Assembly (NCBI GenBank): GCA_002269645.1
Contig: NIVC01000728.1
Location: 248,001 to 312,000, forward strand
Direction: 5' to 3'
From: Macrostomum lignano
Lineage: Eukaryota
Length of the DNA: 64,000 nt
Position numbers and translations under genes: made by a program. A model generated the notes under the pieces. The model searched no databases, was not told the DNA's origin, and was given only the letters and a program-made list of their open reading frames with translations. Positions 23,300 through 35,560 of the stretch are shown in pieces; the first letter of the stretch is position 1, and the number at the start of each line of letters is the position of its first letter.

Positions 23300-24530
23300 G
23301 TTCTCTACCCCTATCTTGTCATTGATTAGCTGTATATAGAGCTGTTGTCTCTCTATCCCTATCTTGTCGCTGATTGGCTGTAGATATATAACGTTGTCTC
23401 TCTGTCTCTATCTTGTCGCTAATTGGCTGTAGATATCAGTTGTCTCTCTGTCCCTATCTTTTCGCTGATTGACTATAGATAGAGCTGTTGTCTCTCTGTC
23501 TCTATCTTGTCGCTGATTGGCTGTAGATAGAGTTGTTGTCTCTCTGTCCCTATCTTATCGCTGATTGGCTGTAGATATATCAGTTGTCTGTCTCTATCTT
23601 GTCGCTAATTGGCTGTAGATATCAGTTGTCTCTCTGTCCCTATCTTTTCGCTGATTGACTATAGATAGAGCTGTTGTCTCTCTGTCTCTATCTTGTCGCT
23701 GATTGGCTGTAGATAGAGTTGTTGTCTCTCTATCCCTATCTTGTCGCTGATTGGCTGTAGATATATAACGTTGTCTCTCTGTCTCTATCTTGTCGCTAAT
23801 TGGCTGTAGATATCAGTTGTCTCTCTGTCCCTATCTTTTCGCTGATTGACTATAGATAGAGCTGTTGTCTCTCTGTCTCTATCTTGTCATTGATTAGCTG
23901 TATATAGAGCTGTTGTCTCTCTATCCCTATCTTGTCGCTGATTGGCTGTAGATATATAACGTTGTCTCTCTGTCTCTATCTTGTCGCTAATTGGCTGTAG
24001 ATATCAGTTGTCTCTCTGTCCCTATCTTTTCGCTGATTGACTATAGATAGAGCTGTTGTCTCTCTGTCTCTATCTTGTCGCTGATTGGCTGTAGATAGAG
24101 TTGTTGTCTCTCTGTCCCTATCTTATCGCTGATTGGCTGTAGATATATCAGTTGTCTGTCTCTATCTTGTCGCTAATTGGCTGTAGATATCAGTTGTCTC
24201 TCTGTCCCTATCTTTTCGCTGATTGACTATAGATAGAGCTGTTGTCTCTCTGTCTCTATCTTGTCGCTGATTGGCTGTAGATAGAGTTGTTGTCTCTCTG
24301 TCCCTATCTTATCGCTGATTGGCTGTAGATATATCAGTTGTCTGTCCCTTTCTTATCGCTGATTGGCTGTAGATATCAGTTGTCTCTCTGTCCCTATCTT
24401 TTCGCTGATTGACTATAGATAGAGCTGTTGTGTCTCTGTCTCTATCTTGTCGCTGATTGGCTGTAGATAGAGCTGTTGTCTCTCTGTCCTGATTGTCGCT
24501 GATTGGCTAGATAGCTCGTACGAGATAGAG
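23300..24530. repeat. About 40-49 bp minisatellite with higher-order structure
   Basis: Units of the form CTATCTTGTCGCTGATTGGCTGTAGATAGAGCTGTTGTCTCTCTGTC; variants recur in fixed order. Confidence 0.92.
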
Positions 24531-24786
24531 CTGTTTTATCTTGTATCTCGTAGATTTTTTGTGTCTCTGCCGTTATCTTGTCATTGATTGGCTTCGAGTA
24601 TATCTGTTGTCGCATCTTAATCTCTATCTTGTCGCTGATTGGCTGTCAATGGATTTTTGTATTTGTTTTTGAGTAAACCCCGTTTCCATTTAATTCACTG
24701 GAAATATTCATTTTGCATCGTTGTCCATTTGTATCGATATTCAAAACTTGTTACTAGCGATAGATTTGATATATTTTTACTGAACA

Positions 24787-25431
24787 ATTATCAAATGCGA
24801 GAACAAGCATTATGTACTCAAAGTACTCGACGTACTTGCACGTACTTGCAGAATGCAATAATTACGTCGTAAAACTAATATTGAGGCTTGCTCCCACAAT
24901 ACAGAGAATTTTTGTGCAATGGATTCAATTTTATATTGCGAGCGTAGAAAAGATTTAGAACCTGTCATGGACATCGAAACTCACCAATAAATTTTAGCTG
25001 TCCATGGAACAAGTGATGATACAGAAGTCTTTTGTGATAAGAATCCTGAATTTACTGATTTCACAATTTCTTAAATATGGAGAATGAGAATGAAAATCGA
25101 TAAGAATGTGTGAAAGTGGGAGTGAGAATGTAAGTGATAGTGAGAGTGAGTGGTAGTGAGAGTGAGAGTGAGAGGGAAAGTTAGAGGGAGGGAGAGTGAG
25201 AGTGAGAGGGAGAGCGAGAACGAGAGTGAGATTGAGAGCGAGAGTGAGAGTGAGAGAGAGTGAAAGAGAGTGAGAGTCAGAGAGAGTGAGGGTAAGAGTG
25301 GGAGAGAGAGTGAGATCGAGAGTGAGAGCGAGAGTGAGAGTGAGAGTGAGAGCGAGAACGACAGCGAGAGTGAGAGTGAGAGCGAGAGTGAGAGTGAGAG
25401 TGAGTGAAAGAGAGTGAGAGTCAGAGAGAGT

Positions 25432-25483
<52 letters not shown>

Positions 25484-25500
25484 GAGAGAGACAGAGAGAG

Positions 25501-25575
<75 letters not shown>

Positions 25576-25626
25576 GAGAGACAGAGAGAGACAGAGAGAG
25601 ACAGAGAGAGGGAGAGAGAGAGAGAG
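24787..25626. repeat. Direct repeat copy A (unique DNA + (GA/GAGT)n) flanking the Penelope-like element
   Basis: From ATTATCAAATGCGAGAAC onward it matches the sequence starting at 28937 at offset 4150/4149, with one 1-bp indel over about 650 bp, then related GA tracts. Confidence 0.9.
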
Positions 25627-25696
25627 GAGGGCGCCTCCAATCTCAGGCACGGACGCGGTGCATGTAAAAAGGACAAACAAGTCAAGATGATTTAAG

Positions 25697-25737
25697 TTGC
25701 CGATATTTCGAATTAGGTAAATTCTTCGTCAGGGCAA
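25697..25737 (-). ncRNA. Minimal type I hammerhead ribozyme
   Basis: Minus strand reads UUGCC-CUGACGA-A-GAAUU(UACCU)AAUUC-GAAA-UA-UC-GGCAA. This gives stem I UUGCC/GGCAA, the conserved core, stem II GAAUU/AAUUC, a palindromic 2-bp stem III and cleavage triplet AUC. Confidence 0.85.
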
Positions 25738-26341
25738 ATGAAAAGTAGCGACAAGTGGTGTTGTAAAAGTTATTAAATAGGCGGGTTAGAGGGGAGAGAG
25801 AGTAGGCAGGTAGATAGAGAGCGTACGGTATGTACACTTGGTGTGAGTCGATAAAACACTATTAGAGTTGAAAATGCAAAATAAAAAACAGTGCACAAAT
25901 AAAGTGAACCGCACGTGGGCTGCAGCGATCCTACACACGAAATAAATAATGGAATAGTGCGACTGCACCGGTGTCTAAAAAGGGGAAAGAGTGACTCTAA
26001 GCACTTTACAAAATTGACCTCAATAAATAAATAAGCAGTAAATCAATAAATAAATAAATAAGGTGAAAGGCCCTCAAAAACTTAAAAAAGAGCAATTGTA
26101 CGATAAGCAAAAGAGTAAAAGTAAAAAGTGTAATAAAAAGTACAGGGTGTCAAGAAACAATAGAAATGTTGATGCAGAATAAATGCTGAGAATATACAAA
26201 AGCTGTGCTTGGGCTAGCGATGAGAATAAAAAAATTTCTAAGAAAGGAGCAATAAAAGGCTTGGTAGGTATCGGCACGGTCTGACAAAGGTAAGTAGTAG
26301 GGAAAGTGAAGTAAAAAATCAAAAGGAAAAAATAAAAAAAT

Positions 26342-28630
26342 TCAATCAGTGGTGGACTCCAGTCGACTGGGACAGAGCAGCTGCCGGAGGTTCCGCCCTT
26401 TGGTGTAGGCGGGCAGCACCGGCGCCTCGCAGCACCGGGCCACGCGGTCCTTCACCGCGGCCACCAGGGCGTCCGACCTCGCACAATGGGGCAGGATCAG
26501 CGGGATGGCCGGGTTGTGCAGCGTGCCGGCAAGCTCGTTGACGCCGTACGGGGTTTGAGTCTTTAACACCTCGATGAGCTTGGCCTCGTGGCGCTGCCGC
26601 CGCTCGTTCGCTCTGGGTCCCGTGCCGTCACGAGACCAGATGCCGGTGAAGGCGAAGTCCGCCAGACTGTGGCCATCACTGGTGAAATGGCGGGCCACCG
26701 GAGTGTCACGGGCGTGCCGGATGTCGCCGATGTGCGCCAGCATGCGGCCGCGGATGCTGTTGGCGGTCTCGCCTACGTAGATCGTGTGGTCGCACCGGCG
26801 GCAGAACACGGCATAGACGGCGTTGGTGGCGTTGCAGTCGATCCGCTGACTGATGATGAGCTGGACTGTCGTGGCTGCTGATCCGGGGCAGACGGAGGCG
26901 AACCTGGCGTGCGCCTGGCAGCACCTGCACAGCCGGGTCGGGTTGCACGGCAGAAAGCCGAATTCCCACCGTCTCGTCGGGTAGAAGCCCAGCTCCGTCA
27001 GCATCTCGTACTTGATCGTGCGCAGGAACCGCCGATTGTAGCCCTGGTGTTGCACCAGACTTGAAAACAGCCCGGTGCACGCTGCGTCGAAATCGGCCAT
27101 CAGGGAACACCGCCGGGCGTATCTGAGGAGCTGGGACTTCACCACGCCCCGGAACGTCCGCTTCGGGTGGAAAGAGTCGCGGTGAATGAGCGTTCGGCTG
27201 TCGGTCGGCTTAAAATACACCTTAGTTGCCAGGCGCTTAACGCCACCCTCGCGGTCCCAGAAGACGGTGGTATCCAGGAAGTTGACCTCGGTGCTGCTGT
27301 AGCTCAGCTGCAACCTGATGTTCGGGTCGAGGCCATCCAGGAGCTCTTGGAAGCGGACCAGCTCGTCTCTCGTTCCGTGCCAGACGCCGAAGATGTCGTC
27401 GATGTAGCGCAGCCACAGGGCGGGCTTCTGCGGGCTGAGCTCCAGGCCCCGCTGCTCCCAGTAGCCCATGTAGATGTTACTGTAGCTGGGCGCAAACGAT
27501 TTTCCCATGGCCGTGCCTTTCACTTGCAGAAAAAATTTGCCATCGAACTCGAAGTCGTTGCGCTCCAGGTTCAGCTTGAGCAAACTGAGGAGGCTCGCGT
27601 CCGGGCGCCTGGCATCCGGGTGCTCCCTGAAGGCCCTCTGTACGCACTCGAGTCCGGCCGCGGTCGGGATGTTGGTGTAAAGGCTGGCGACGTCCATGGT
27701 GAACAGAAAGGTCGCCCCGCGCCGGGCAGGTGATGTCTCTGATGGCCGCCTGGAAATGATCGGTATCCCTGATGAAGCTGGGCAGCTGGATGACGATCGC
27801 TGCAGGAAGCTGTCGATGAAGCGGCCGCTGGCATATGATTCGCTGTCCACGTCAGACACGATGGGCCGGCCTGGCGGGATGTCGCCGAGCGGCCACGACT
27901 CGGCAGGCTTGTGAATCTTTGGCAGGATGTAAAAGCGTCGCGTCCGGAACTCCTCCTTCGGGCAGAAGGCGGTGAACTGGCGTTTGTCGATAAGCCTGCG
28001 GTCCAGTAGCGACTGGAAGACGGCGCGGATTCTCTGGGCCGTGAAGCGGTTGATCGGCTCGTTCAGAGGCCGGTAGAAGGCCGGGTCGTCCAGCTGACGC
28101 AGGCATTCACGGACATAGTCCTGCCGGTCCAGGATGACCAGCTGGCTGCCCTTGTCGGCCGGCTTGATGACGATGGACTTGTCTGCCCGTAGATCTCGCA
28201 GTGCCTTCGCCTCCGCCTGACTGATGTTAGGAGCGTTCCTGCAGTCCCGGATGTTCTCCCTGACGTCGTCCAGCTCCGCCAGAGCGGCTTGAATTTCGGG
28301 CCGGAGGCGGCTCGGATCGATGCTGGCCGTTGGGCGGCGGGGAAGCGGCGGACCGTCGTTCACCGTCAGTTCGCGCTTGAAGCCGCGAGCCGCCGACACG
28401 GCCAGACGCTCGCCAAAGTCGCGGACGCCGGACGCCAGTGACTCCGCCGAGGTGCACCGAGGAGCCACTACGAAGGACTGGCCGCGCTCCAGCAGTTGCA
28501 GTTCAGTCGGTGCGAGAGCGCGGCTGGAGAGGTTCGTCACCCTCAGTTGGGGGGCCCATGGCTCGCCCCCGGCCCGCTCAGTTTTTTGGAAGGTCGCCCA
28601 CCGTCTCCAGGGTGACGGCGAACGCCCCAT
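26342..28630 (-). CDS. Penelope-like reverse transcriptase / GIY-YIG endonuclease
   Basis: FYILPKIHK, PGRPIVS, MDVASLYTNIP, QVKGTAMG..FAP.YSNIYMG, WLRYIDDIF, VNFLD, YFKPTD, HPK; Cys knuckle CNPTRLCRCC; YAVFC..C...YVGET...R...H; E..LI..L.T..P.GVN. Confidence 0.95.
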   Translation of the reverse strand: MGRSPSPWRRWATFQKTERAGGEPWAPQLRVTNLSSRALAPTELQLLERGQSFVVAPRCTSAESLASGVRDFGERLAVSAARGFKRELTVNDGPPLPRRPTASIDPSRLRPEIQAALAELDDVRENIRDCRNAPNISQAEAKALRDLRADKSIVIKPADKGSQLVILDRQDYVRECLRQLDDPAFYRPLNEPINRFTAQRIRAVFQSLLDRRLIDKRQFTAFCPKEEFRTRRFYILPKIHKPAESWPLGDIPPGRPIVSDVDSESYASGRFIDSFLQRSSSSCPASSGIPIISRRPSETSPARRGATFLFTMDVASLYTNIPTAAGLECVQRAFREHPDARRPDASLLSLLKLNLERNDFEFDGKFFLQVKGTAMGKSFAPSYSNIYMGYWEQRGLELSPQKPALWLRYIDDIFGVWHGTRDELVRFQELLDGLDPNIRLQLSYSSTEVNFLDTTVFWDREGGVKRLATKVYFKPTDSRTLIHRDSFHPKRTFRGVVKSQLLRYARRCSLMADFDAACTGLFSSLVQHQGYNRRFLRTIKYEMLTELGFYPTRRWEFGFLPCNPTRLCRCCQAHARFASVCPGSAATTVQLIISQRIDCNATNAVYAVFCRRCDHTIYVGETANSIRGRMLAHIGDIRHARDTPVARHFTSDGHSLADFAFTGIWSRDGTGPRANERRQRHEAKLIEVLKTQTPYGVNELAGTLHNPAIPLILPHCARSDALVAAVKDRVARCCEAPVLPAYTKGRNLRQLLCPSRLESTTD

Positions 28631-28936
28631 CAGCAGACTGTCGCTCCAGGCTGATCTGGTCCCGTCGGAATGTCAGGACCTTGGTGTCCAGCGAGATCAG
28701 GCTGACAGATCGGTAGCTGCTCAGGAGCTGGTTCGTCTTGCGACAGTTACTCTTCTGGAGCGCCGGCGCATCGGGGGGCACACGGTCTGCACCACCCAGA
28801 TTGACGCGCCGGGGAAAGCCTTCCTGATGTTGGTCAGGCTCATCTTCCAGAGCTTGGCGATGGAGAAGTCGAAGCTCTCACGGTGGAGGTCGTTGTTGCC
28901 GGCCCAGACGATGACGCGGCCCGTGTCGGGACTCGC
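28578..28936 (-). pseudogene. Truncated, frameshifted upstream ORF of the Penelope-like element, SGNH hydrolase-like
   Basis: RVIVWAGNNDL (SGNH block III-like G.ND), IRKAFPGASIWVVQ, then after a shift in a C-run ...NQLL...FRRDQISL...LPKN*. Confidence 0.55.
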
Positions 28937-29580
28937 ATTATCAAATGCGAGAACAAGCATTATGTACTCAAAGTACTCGACGTACTTGCACGTACTTGCA
29001 GAATGCAATAATTACGTCGTAAAACTAATATTGAGGCTTGCTCCCACAATACAGAGAATTTTTGTGCAATGGATTCAATTTTATATTGCGAGCGTAGAAA
29101 AGATTTAGAACCTGTCATGGACATCGAAACTCACCAATAAATTTTAGCTGTCCATGGAACAAGTGATGATACAGAAGTCTTTTGTGATAAGAATCCTGAA
29201 TTTACTGATTTCACAATTTCTTAAATATGGAGAATGAGAATGAAAATCGATAAGAATGTGTGAAAGTGGGAGTGAGAATGTAAGTGATAGTGAGAGTGAG
29301 TGGTAGTGAGAGTGAGAGTGAGAGGGAAAGTTAGAGGGAGGAGAGTGAGAGTGAGAGGGAGAGCGAGAACGAGAGTGAGATTGAGAGCGAGAGTGAGAGT
29401 GAGAGAGAGTGAAAGAGAGTGAGAGTCAGAGAGAGTGAGGGTAAGAGTGGGAGAGAGAGTGAGATCGAGAGTGAGAGCGAGAGTGAGAGTGAGAGTGAGA
29501 GCGAGAACGACAGCGAGAGTGAGAGTGAGAGCGAGAGTGAGAGTGAGAGTGAGTGAAAGAGAGTGAGAGTCAGAGAGAGT

Positions 29581-29622
<42 letters not shown>

Positions 29623-29655
29623 GGGGGAGAGAGAGAGAGAGAGAGACAGAGAGAG

Positions 29656-29730
<75 letters not shown>

Positions 29731-29802
29731 GATAGATAGAGATAGAGAGAGAGAGGGGGAGAGAGAGAGATAGAGACAGTGAGAGACAGAGAGAGACAGA
29801 GA

Positions 29803-29856
<54 letters not shown>

Positions 29857-29875
29857 GAGAGAGAGAGAGAGAGGG

Positions 29876-29909
<34 letters not shown>

Positions 29910-29934
29910 GACAGAGAGAGATAGAGAGAGAGAG

Positions 29935-30032
<98 letters not shown>

Positions 30033-30178
30033 GATAGATAGAGATAGAGAGAGAGAGGGGAGAAAGAGAGAGAGAGAGAGAGAGACAGAGAGAGACAGAG
30101 AGAGATAGATAGAGATAGAGAGAGAGAGGGGGAGAGAGAGAGATAGAGACAGTGAGAGACAGAGAGAGACAGAGAGAG

Positions 30179-30225
<47 letters not shown>
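28937..30225. repeat. Direct repeat copy B plus extended (GA)n tract
   Basis: Second copy of the sequence starting at 24787; the GA-rich tract continues to about 30225. Confidence 0.9.
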
Positions 30226-30229
<4 letters not shown>

Positions 30230-30727
30230 CAAATGATGTATATGCTGGAAAGTATAGGCCTTTTAAAGTCCATTCACCGTGAGTCACCTAATAGTCCGGT
30301 AGATAGCCCACAAAATCGAAGTTCGCGGAAGACCAGACGGGAAGCTGCTTCCACTTCATAGACAGAAAAATGCTTCCCAGGAAGTGAGGTTGGCTTGTTT
30401 ATTCCCGTTTATGAATTTCGTAACAATTTGGCTCTGGGGACAGGGCTGTCCGCCTGCAGTTCCTCTTTTCTGTACCAGTGCATCAAAACTCGACATCGGA
30501 TTGGCAGATCCTCAGACTCTCGCTTCCTTTAATCACTGGGTCTTAAATAATTTCGCGAAGGATGCTCAAAGACAGTGAAGTTGATCTGCAGCTGTCATTA
30601 AGATTTGAATTGATTTTTATTCTACTGGTGAACTCAGTAGCTGAAACACTGGCTGCGATGATTTTTCTGAATTATTCACTTGTAATCCCCTGTATTATAG
30701 ACCAGATTTATGTAGCAGATTTGATGC

Positions 30728-31653
<926 letters not shown>

Positions 31654-33123
31654 CTAATACACCAAGACGCTAGGACACTAAAACAGATAGACACGCAGAC
31701 ACAGACGAATGGACACAGATAGAGGACGTTTGAATATCAGTTGCATGTTTTCAAAGGCTTATGAGTTTCTATTTCGGCAGATAAATTTTAAGCGTGACAT
31801 ACGAAGCAGCTACTTTAAGTAGAAATTAGGAAATATGTGAAGTTTCCGACTATCATGTCATAATTGTGTTAATCTGTTGTCTAGAGGGGAGTTTTGACGG
31901 CAGAATCGCTTATTTATTATCAAGTTTTTTATATCTTAGTTTCTGAACTGGCAGACAAATGTTAAACATTGAGAATTCACTGTCGGAGTAGAATAATGCT
32001 AGGATCTGCAAGTTCCAAAATTATCGATTTCTCTGGCGGTAATTTGACACTCCTCCCGCTCACAGAGCGATAGCTCAACCGAATCGAGGACCTGCCCTAG
32101 AAACCAGGGCCCATAAACCACTGCGCGGTTTTATTACCCCCCCCCCTGGTGGCAACAGACGACAGTTATAGGGATATGGATATGTAATCGTCCCTCCGCC
32201 TACTAAGTGGGGAATTGAATTTCGCTTCAATTATTTAAGTCAACAGTGCATCAAGTTAGGCCTGCAGTGCAATTTTCAACATGACCGCCGGGCATTGTTG
32301 CAGAGCCCGGCTACTAGCTATTTATTTTTTGTTAAAACCAACTTATTAAAAGTTATTTCGATGGCTTGTTCCTATACTTATTAAAGTAATTGAGATAGCT
32401 GCAATAGAGATGAAAGTGAAGAGATAAAATTGATGAGAGAGATGAGGGAGATAAGAGAGATGAGAGAGATGAGAAAGATGAGAGATAAATAAGAGAAATC
32501 AGAGATAGAAAAAAAAGATGAGAGAGGTGAGAGAGATAAGAGAGATGAGAGAGGTGAGAGAGATAAGAATGAGATAGGAGAGAGATAGATAAGAAACAGA
32601 TAAATTGAGAGATAAGAATGAGATAGTAGAGAGAGAGGTTAGAGATAACAGAGGCAGGGAGAAGATGATCCCACATTCAAAAGGCAGATGCTGTCTGTGC
32701 TCAGGCGGGCAAATGGGAGTTTCTCAATGAGAGCATTGCAACGCAGTCTCTCCAGCTCAGCATCCCAGGTGGGAGCCGAAAGCATGCTGGCAAATGCGGT
32801 GACATTTAGCGGGATTTTTATCCCCAAGCTCAGCATCTCTCTCTGCGGGCCTGAGAAGGCCACCCCTTTCAATGGTTGAATTGCTGCGAGTCGCTTTGCC
32901 ATCTTTCTTTGCGGGAAGCGGAGCCATTACTGGAATTATTGCTTGGGATTTTCATGCAGGTAGGAAAAGTATAGTAGCAGAGCTCCATTAGTGTGCAATT
33001 AATCCTCGTGTTTGGAGTAGTCTATTTTTCCTCTACTGAAACCAGATAAGAAATCCCGAGATGGAGGCTTGAAATTTTTATTTTCTGCTTTTTGAGCTAA
33101 GAATTCAGAGTCAGTTTTATTAT

Positions 33124-35560
33124 CAGGGAATCGGGAATGGAGAATAAGGAAAACAACAGGGAATCGGGAAGAGAGAATTAGGAAAACAACAGGGAATCGG
33201 GAAGGGAGAATAAGGAAAACAACAGGAAATCGGGAATGGAGAATTAGGAAAACAACAGGGAATCGGGAAGAGAGAATTAGGAAAACAACAGGGAATCGGG
33301 AATGGAGAATTAGGAAAACAACAGGGAATCGGGAAGAGAGAATTAGGAAAACAACAGGGAATCGGGAATGGAGAATTAGGAAAACAACAGGGAATCGGGA
33401 ATGGAGAATAAGGAAAACAACAGGGAATCGGGAAGAGAGAATTAGGAAAACAACAGGGAATCGGGAATGGAGAATAAGGAAAACAACAGGGAATCGAGAA
33501 GAGAGAATAAGGAAAACAACTGGGAATCGGGAAGAGAGTATAAGCAAAACAACAGGGAATCGGGAAGAGAGTATAAGGAAAACAACAGGGAATCGAGAAG
33601 AGAGAATAAGGAAAACAACAGGGAATCGGGAAGAGAGTATAAGGAAAACAACAGGGAATCGGGAATGGAGAACAAGGAAAACAACAGGGAATCGAGAAGA
33701 GAGAATAAGGAAAACAACAGGGAATCGGGAAGAGAGTATAAGGAAAACAACAGGGAATCGGGAAGAGAGAATAAGGAAAACAACAGGGAATCGGGAAGAG
33801 AGTATAAGGAAAACAACAGGGAATCGGGAAGAGAGAATAAGGAAAACAACAGGGAATCGGGAAGAGAGAATAAGGAAAACAACAGGGAATCGGGAAGAGA
33901 GAATAAGGAAAACAACAGGGAATCGGGAATGGAGAATACGGAAATTAACAGGGAATCGGGAAGAGAGAATAAGGAAAACAACAGGGAATCGGGAAGAGAG
34001 TATAAGGAAAACAACAGGGAATCGGGAAGAGAGTATAAGGAAAACAACAGGGAATCGGGAAGAGAGAATAAGGAAAACAACAGGGAATCGGGAATGGAGA
34101 ATAAGGAAAACAACAGGGAATCGGGAAGAGAGTATAAGGAAAACAACAGGGAATCGGGAAGAGAGTATAAGGAAAACAACAGGGAATCGGGAAGAGAGAA
34201 TTAGGAAAACAACAGGGAATCGGGAAGAGAGTATAAGGAAAACAACAGGGAATCGGGAAGAGAGTATAAGGAAAACAACAGGGAATCGGGAAGAGAGTAT
34301 AAAGAAAACAACAGGGAATCGGGAAGAGAGAATAAGGAAAACAACAGGGAATCGGGAAGAGAGTATAAGGAAAACAACAGGGAATCGGGAAGAGAGAATA
34401 AGGAAAACAACAGGGAATCGAGAAGAGAGAATAAGGAAAACAACAGGGAATCGGGAATGGAGAATAAGGAAAACAACAGGGAATCGAGAAGAGAGAATAA
34501 GGAAAACAACAGGGAATCGGGAAGAGAGAATACGGAAAACAACAGGGAATCGGGAAGAGAAAATACGGAAAACAACAGGGAATCGGGAAGAGAGAATAAG
34601 GAAAACAACAGGGAATCGGGAAGAGAGTATAAGGAAAACAACAGGGAATCTGGAAGAGAGTATAAGGAAAACAACAGGGAATCGGGAAGAGAGAATAAGG
34701 AAAACAACAGGGAATCGGGAAGAGAGAATAAGGAAAACAACAGGGAATCGGGAATGGAGAATAAGGAAAACAACAGGGAATCGGGAAGAGAGAATAAGGA
34801 AAACAACAGGGAATCGGGAAGAGAGTATAAGGAAAACAACAGGGAATCGGGAAGAGAGTATAAGGAAAACAACAGGGAATCGGGAATGGAGAATAAGGAA
34901 AACAACAGGGAATCGGGAAGAGAGAATAAGGAAAACAACAGGGAATCGGGAAGAGAGAATTAGGAAAACAACAGGGAATCGGGAAGAGAGTATAAGGAAA
35001 ACAACAGGGAATCGGGAAGAGAGAATAAGGAAAACAACAGGGAATCGGGAAGAGAGAATAAGGAAAACAACAGGGAATCGGGAATGGAGAATAAGGAAAA
35101 CAACAGGGAATCGGGAAGAGAGAATAAGGAAAACAACAGGGAATCGGGAAGAGAGTATAAGGAAAACAACAGGGAATCGGGAAGAGAGTATAAGGAAAAC
35201 AACAGGGAATCGGGAATGGAGAATAAGGAAAACAACAGGGAATCGGGAAGAGAGAATTAGGAAAACAACAGGGAATCGGGAATGGAGAATACGGAAAACA
35301 ACAGGGAATCGGGAAGAGAGTATAAGGAAAACAACAGGGAATCGGGAAGAGAGAATAAGGAAAACAACAGGGAATCGGGAAGAGAGAATAAGGAAAACAA
35401 CAGGGAATCGGGAAGAGAGAATAAGGAAAACAACAGGGAATCGGGAAGAGAGAATAAGGAAAACAACAGGGAATCGGGAAGAGAGAATAAGGAAAACAAC
35501 AGGGAATCGGGAAGAGAGAATAAGGAAAACAACAGGGAATCGGGAAGAGAGAATAAGGAA
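33124..35560. repeat. 33-bp purine-rich minisatellite, about 74 units
   Basis: GGGAATCGGGAAGAGAGAATAAGGAAAACAACA and variants. Confidence 0.97.

Larger units (their letters stand above)
25627..28936 (-). mobile_element. Penelope-like retroelement (RT + C-terminal GIY-YIG), 5'-truncated
   Basis: RT and GIY-YIG ORF, upstream SGNH-like ORF remnant, about 700-bp 3' UTR with a hammerhead motif; the 3' end abuts a (TC)n tract. Confidence 0.92.

Noticed and set aside
26574-29108. Plus-strand ORFs over the Penelope-like element
   Set aside because: Antisense shadows of GC-rich coding sequence.
32639-32902. Short ORFs in unique DNA here and at 17700-17987, 36440-36683, 39111-39793 and 52587-53262
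   Set aside because: No recognisable domain, splice pattern or codon signal; left unannotated.
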